Below are positions 6,382-9,175 of a stretch of 9,175 nucleotides of DNA, piece after piece. Below the pieces are notes generated by a model. The model was not told where the DNA came from. It did no database searches and saw only the letters and a program-made list of their open reading frames with translations. The position numbers and the translations under genes were made by a program. Each line of letters starts with the position of its first letter. The first letter of the stretch is position 1. Origin of the DNA: Octopus sinensis. Lineage: Eukaryota. The stretch spans positions 1 through 9,175 of the forward strand of contig NW_021828016.1 of assembly GCF_006345805.1 (NCBI RefSeq). Direction: 5' to 3'.

Positions 6382-6930
6382 GAGTGAAAGAGCAGTTCAT
6401 GCCATCAAAGTGACACTGGGGTAAAATATACGAAGCCCAATATACCCATCATGACTACCCGTCTAATAAGGGTACACCAGGCACACGCATCACAACCATA
6501 TGTGCGCGACATGGTGATCTCATATCAAGATAAACAGCACATGACCTTGCAGGTGGGGCCCAGTTAGAATTTTCTTTAGGTTGAGTAGCCCATCCCACTC
6601 AAAAGGTCCCTGAATAAGGGTTGTTTAAGGATGTTGAAAGAACCACCCTTGTTTCCAGAGGTGAATTATTCAAACCCCAAAGAATCCCTCTCAACACATG
6701 GCTATGATGCTCCCCTACTACTTCTGCTTGTGATCAGAGATGCACATATCGTCAGCCACTAAGGGACATGGTCAACTGGTTAAAGTCAAACAACTGACAA
6801 GCAAATCTGTGGTATTGAGCAGAATATTTGCTGTAGCCCATCTTTTATACCAAGACAAAACAATGTACATGATAACACTTCCAATCAGTTAAGATCAGAA
6901 GCCATGAGAGCCACTGCCTGGTACTGCATC
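6382..6930. mobile_element. Unclassified 549-bp non-coding insert (element D) bracketed by (ATT)n
   Basis: Complex sequence with sharp boundaries against (ATT)n on both sides, no long ORF and no B-box found. Resembles an abundant octopus repeat from memory only. Confidence 0.55.

Positions 6931-7003
<73 letters not shown>
6931..7003. repeat. (ATT)n microsatellite
   Basis: Directly visible. Confidence 0.97.
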
Positions 7004-7005
<2 letters not shown>

Positions 7006-7180
7006 AATGTTGAGTTTACAGAATCATTAGCGCATCGGATAAAATTCGTGGCAGCATTTTTGTGGTTCTTTACGTTGAGCTCAAATTCTGTCGAGATCGA
7101 TATAAATATCAATTAAATAAAGTTGACGATAGGATCGACTATCCCCCAGATCTGAGACTTTGTGCCTGCATTAGAAAATT
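7004..7180 (+). mobile_element. Family A SINE copy 3, degenerate with internal deletion
   Basis: CAGAATCATTAGC, TACGTTGAGCTCAAATTCTG, ATCGACTATCCCC and TTGTGCCT match copy 2 in order. Confidence 0.75.
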
Positions 7181-7210
7181 CAGTATTTGCCGAAAGTTTG
7201 TGGGATAAAA

Positions 7211-7366
7211 TATTTCATTCGTCTTAACGTTCAGAGCTCAAATTCGGCTGTGGTCTGGTTTTCATTTCATCCTTTCGGGATCGATAAATTAAGTACCGGG
7301 GTGGACATGGTTGACTAAACCCTCCTTCCCAAATCTCAAGCCTTGTGTCTAGAATAGATCGGGTTA
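7211..7366 (+). mobile_element. Family A SINE copy 4, 5'-eroded
   Basis: TTTCATCCTTTCGGGATCGATAAATTAAGTACC and CAAGCCTTGTGTCTAGAATAGA match copy 2. Confidence 0.8.
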
Positions 7367-7466
7367 TCTTATACACGCATGCGCGTATACAAACACATTC
7401 TCTCTCACGTACATATATCAATATATTTTCTTCTCCGGATTTCACCAAATATCAGAATTTCATTAT

Positions 7467-7547
7467 TATATACATGACAGAGTATATACTTGACAGAGTA
7501 TATACTTGACAGAGTATATACTTGACAGAGTATATACTTGACAGAGT
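7467..7547. repeat. 16-bp minisatellite (TGACAGAGTATATACT), about 5 units
   Basis: Four identical units start at 7475, 7491, 7507 and 7523, with partial units on each side. Confidence 0.97.
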
Positions 7548-7936
7548 TAAAGTACTAAATCTACGAGAAATGGTACAACTATAATGAATATTTGATAAAG
7601 ATAAAAGCAACATCGTAAAACTATATGGTTAGGTAAAATGTTAAACTCGGGGTCCTTCGAAGCTCTGTTAGGAGGATATAATACCTGGTAGGAGGAACCA
7701 AGAACGTCCCAAACGCAGAAGGGGAGACTGGATCATAAAACTGTGACAATGGTAACCATAGGAACAGTCCAAAGTAATGAAGTCGAGCAGAGTAGGATAG
7801 ACGAGCTAGAAATCCTCTTGGCTAAATCTCCCTCAAATTACCCCCTAATCTCTATTTCTCTTTCATGCTGTACTTCATATCCGTCACCCTTGATCCGTTT
7901 ACTAAAATAATTCTTTCAATTAGAAATGGCATTTCT

Positions 7937-7974
7937 TTTATTTATTTACTTATTTATTTATTTATTTATTTATT
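7937..7974. repeat. (ATTT)n microsatellite
   Basis: Directly visible. Confidence 0.9.
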
Positions 7975-8352
7975 CATTTTTCACTTTGTATTCAGTGAGT
8001 GGAAGAAAGCGCCTTTAGCTATTTATGTTTTCTGGAATAGACAAGAAGAACGATTAAAATGTTATTCCCGATTAGGAGCCTTGACCCGAATGATTACAAA
8101 CGAATATCATTTCGCTAAATGCACCAAAGTGTCTGATGGTAGCGTCAGACAGGGTGACAGATGAAGTCTGTTACCCAAAGAAGACGTTGCTCATCCCTCG
8201 CTTGACTCTTTTCTATTTCTCAAGAAAGGAACCCTGTGAACGGTCCCATGCATAACCATTCATATGGCGGGACGTCGCTGATTCAAAACGGGAGAAAGAG
8301 AGAGAGAAAGGCACAGAACACGACTGGCGTTTGATCTCTCTCGGAATGATTC

Positions 8353-8416
8353 AAGCAGGGTTTGAAGTCCGATTGCAGAGTGGCGGAACAAATACCACAA
8401 GGCATCTTAACGGCTC
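8353..8416 (-). mobile_element. Very degenerate family A-like SINE head
   Basis: Minus strand GAGCCGTTAAGATGCCTTGTGGTATTTGTTCCGCCACT...GACTTCAAACCCTGC aligns loosely to 280-351 of copy 1, with a gap; decayed B-box. Confidence 0.5.
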
Positions 8417-8469
8417 AGTTCAATTCACCGCTTGTAAATCACTGTTGATAATGGGTATAATAAAAGACG

Positions 8470-8557
8470 GAATGGTCACGGATGGAAAGTCGTTGGTCGT
8501 AGTAAAGCTTGATCAAGGATGACCTGGGATTAAAGAACATCGACAATAACAACAACA
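8470..8557 (+). mobile_element. Family E 3' end, copy 2, AAC-rich tail
   Basis: Homologous to 525-617 and to 4458-4523 (minus); ends ACAATAACAACAAC. Confidence 0.62.
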
Positions 8558-8599
8558 GACACAATAAATACTCGAGAATGTAAAAACAAAGCAAAAAAT

Positions 8600-8800
8600 T
8601 ATGAAAAGGGAAACAGGAGAGAAGCGGATAAAAGAAGGGGAAATGAAAGTAACCGAATGGGAAAAAGAGGGAGTAAGGAGTAGAGAGGCAATCGATTATA
8701 GAGGGAGAGGGAGAGAGAGAGGGGGAGAGAGAGACAGAGAGAGAGAGAGAAAGGAAGAGGTTAGTGAGAGTGGCTGAAGAGGTAGGAAGAGTGAGTAAAA
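8600..8800. repeat. GA-rich polypurine low-complexity tract
   Basis: Directly visible. Confidence 0.8.
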
Positions 8801-8945
8801 GAGTTAACAGCTGCAATGGCAAATTGCTGAGACGTACGCTGAGGATGAGGAAGAATGAGTTTGAGGTGGGGCAGAGAGAAGATTGATGTGAATGGATGGA
8901 TGTAAGGGAGTAGAAAGAGAAGAGGAACAAAGGGATAGAGGAGCT

Positions 8946-9096
8946 GGTAGTGGAGTTGTTGCTGTGGTGGTGGTGGTGGTGGTGGTGGACGGTAGTGGTG
9001 GTGGTGGTGGTGGTGGTGGTGGTGGTGGTGGTTGCGGTGATGGTAGTGGTGGTGAACGGTAGTGGTGGTGGTGGTGGTAGTGGTTGCGGTGATGGT
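8946..9096. repeat. (GGT)n trinucleotide microsatellite with patterned interruptions
   Basis: Directly visible. Confidence 0.93.
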
Positions 9097-9175
9097 TATG
9101 CGTAAAAACAGAAACAGGAGGTTACTGTTTGGGAAACCCTTTTCTTGCCGGCGATAACTTTTCAGTGGCAACGGT

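Noticed and set aside
7467-7547. CRISPR array or sigma70 promoter (TTGACA...TATACT)
   Set aside because: There are no spacers, the -35/-10 spacing is 5 or 21 bp rather than about 17, and the context is eukaryotic.
7805-7850. Possible internal fragment of family E (GCTAGAAAT shared with 4573-4565 minus)
   Set aside because: Only a 9-mer of within-window support; the rest relies on memory of a consensus.
8161-8195. SECIS element (ATGA...AAA)
   Set aside because: No proper helix II and no downstream GA quartet partner.
246-9171. All ORFs in the supplied track as real genes
   Set aside because: Most are translations of microsatellites (YI, SL, IYLS, poly-H/T/P) or SINE bodies. The rest are short, and none shows a domain I recognise.
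8761-9171. His/Pro/Thr-rich protein on the minus strand
   Set aside because: It is the (ACC)n strand of the microsatellite, where stop codons are naturally absent.

Overview
Eukaryotic, repeat-saturated non-coding DNA (intronic or intergenic). There is no intact gene, operon, rRNA, true tRNA or CRISPR array. The repeat families resemble, from memory, those of octopus (coleoid cephalopod) genomes; this taxonomic call is unverified. Contents: at least four tRNA-derived or SINE-like families (labelled A, B, C, E here; about 13 copies or fragments), a decayed L1/Tx1-like LINE 3' end with a fossil ORF2 C-terminus (5575-6047), a probable LINE 3' UTR inside a (GATA)n tract (3604-3950), an unclassified 549-bp insert bracketed by (ATT)n, many microsatellites and a perfect 16-bp minisatellite. 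The supplied ORFs are microsatellite or SINE read-throughs or are unrecognisable. Best leads: (1) a 33-bp inverted repeat whose loop carries the 3' half of a Penelope-type minimal hammerhead ribozyme, (2) module shuffling among SINE families around a conserved GTCGA-N5-TCGAC hairpin, (3) retroelements embedded in specific microsatellites, (4) a candidate 75-nt exon, (5) an unexplained tandem hairpin at 8131-8176. Everything was read and aligned by hand; no database search was run.
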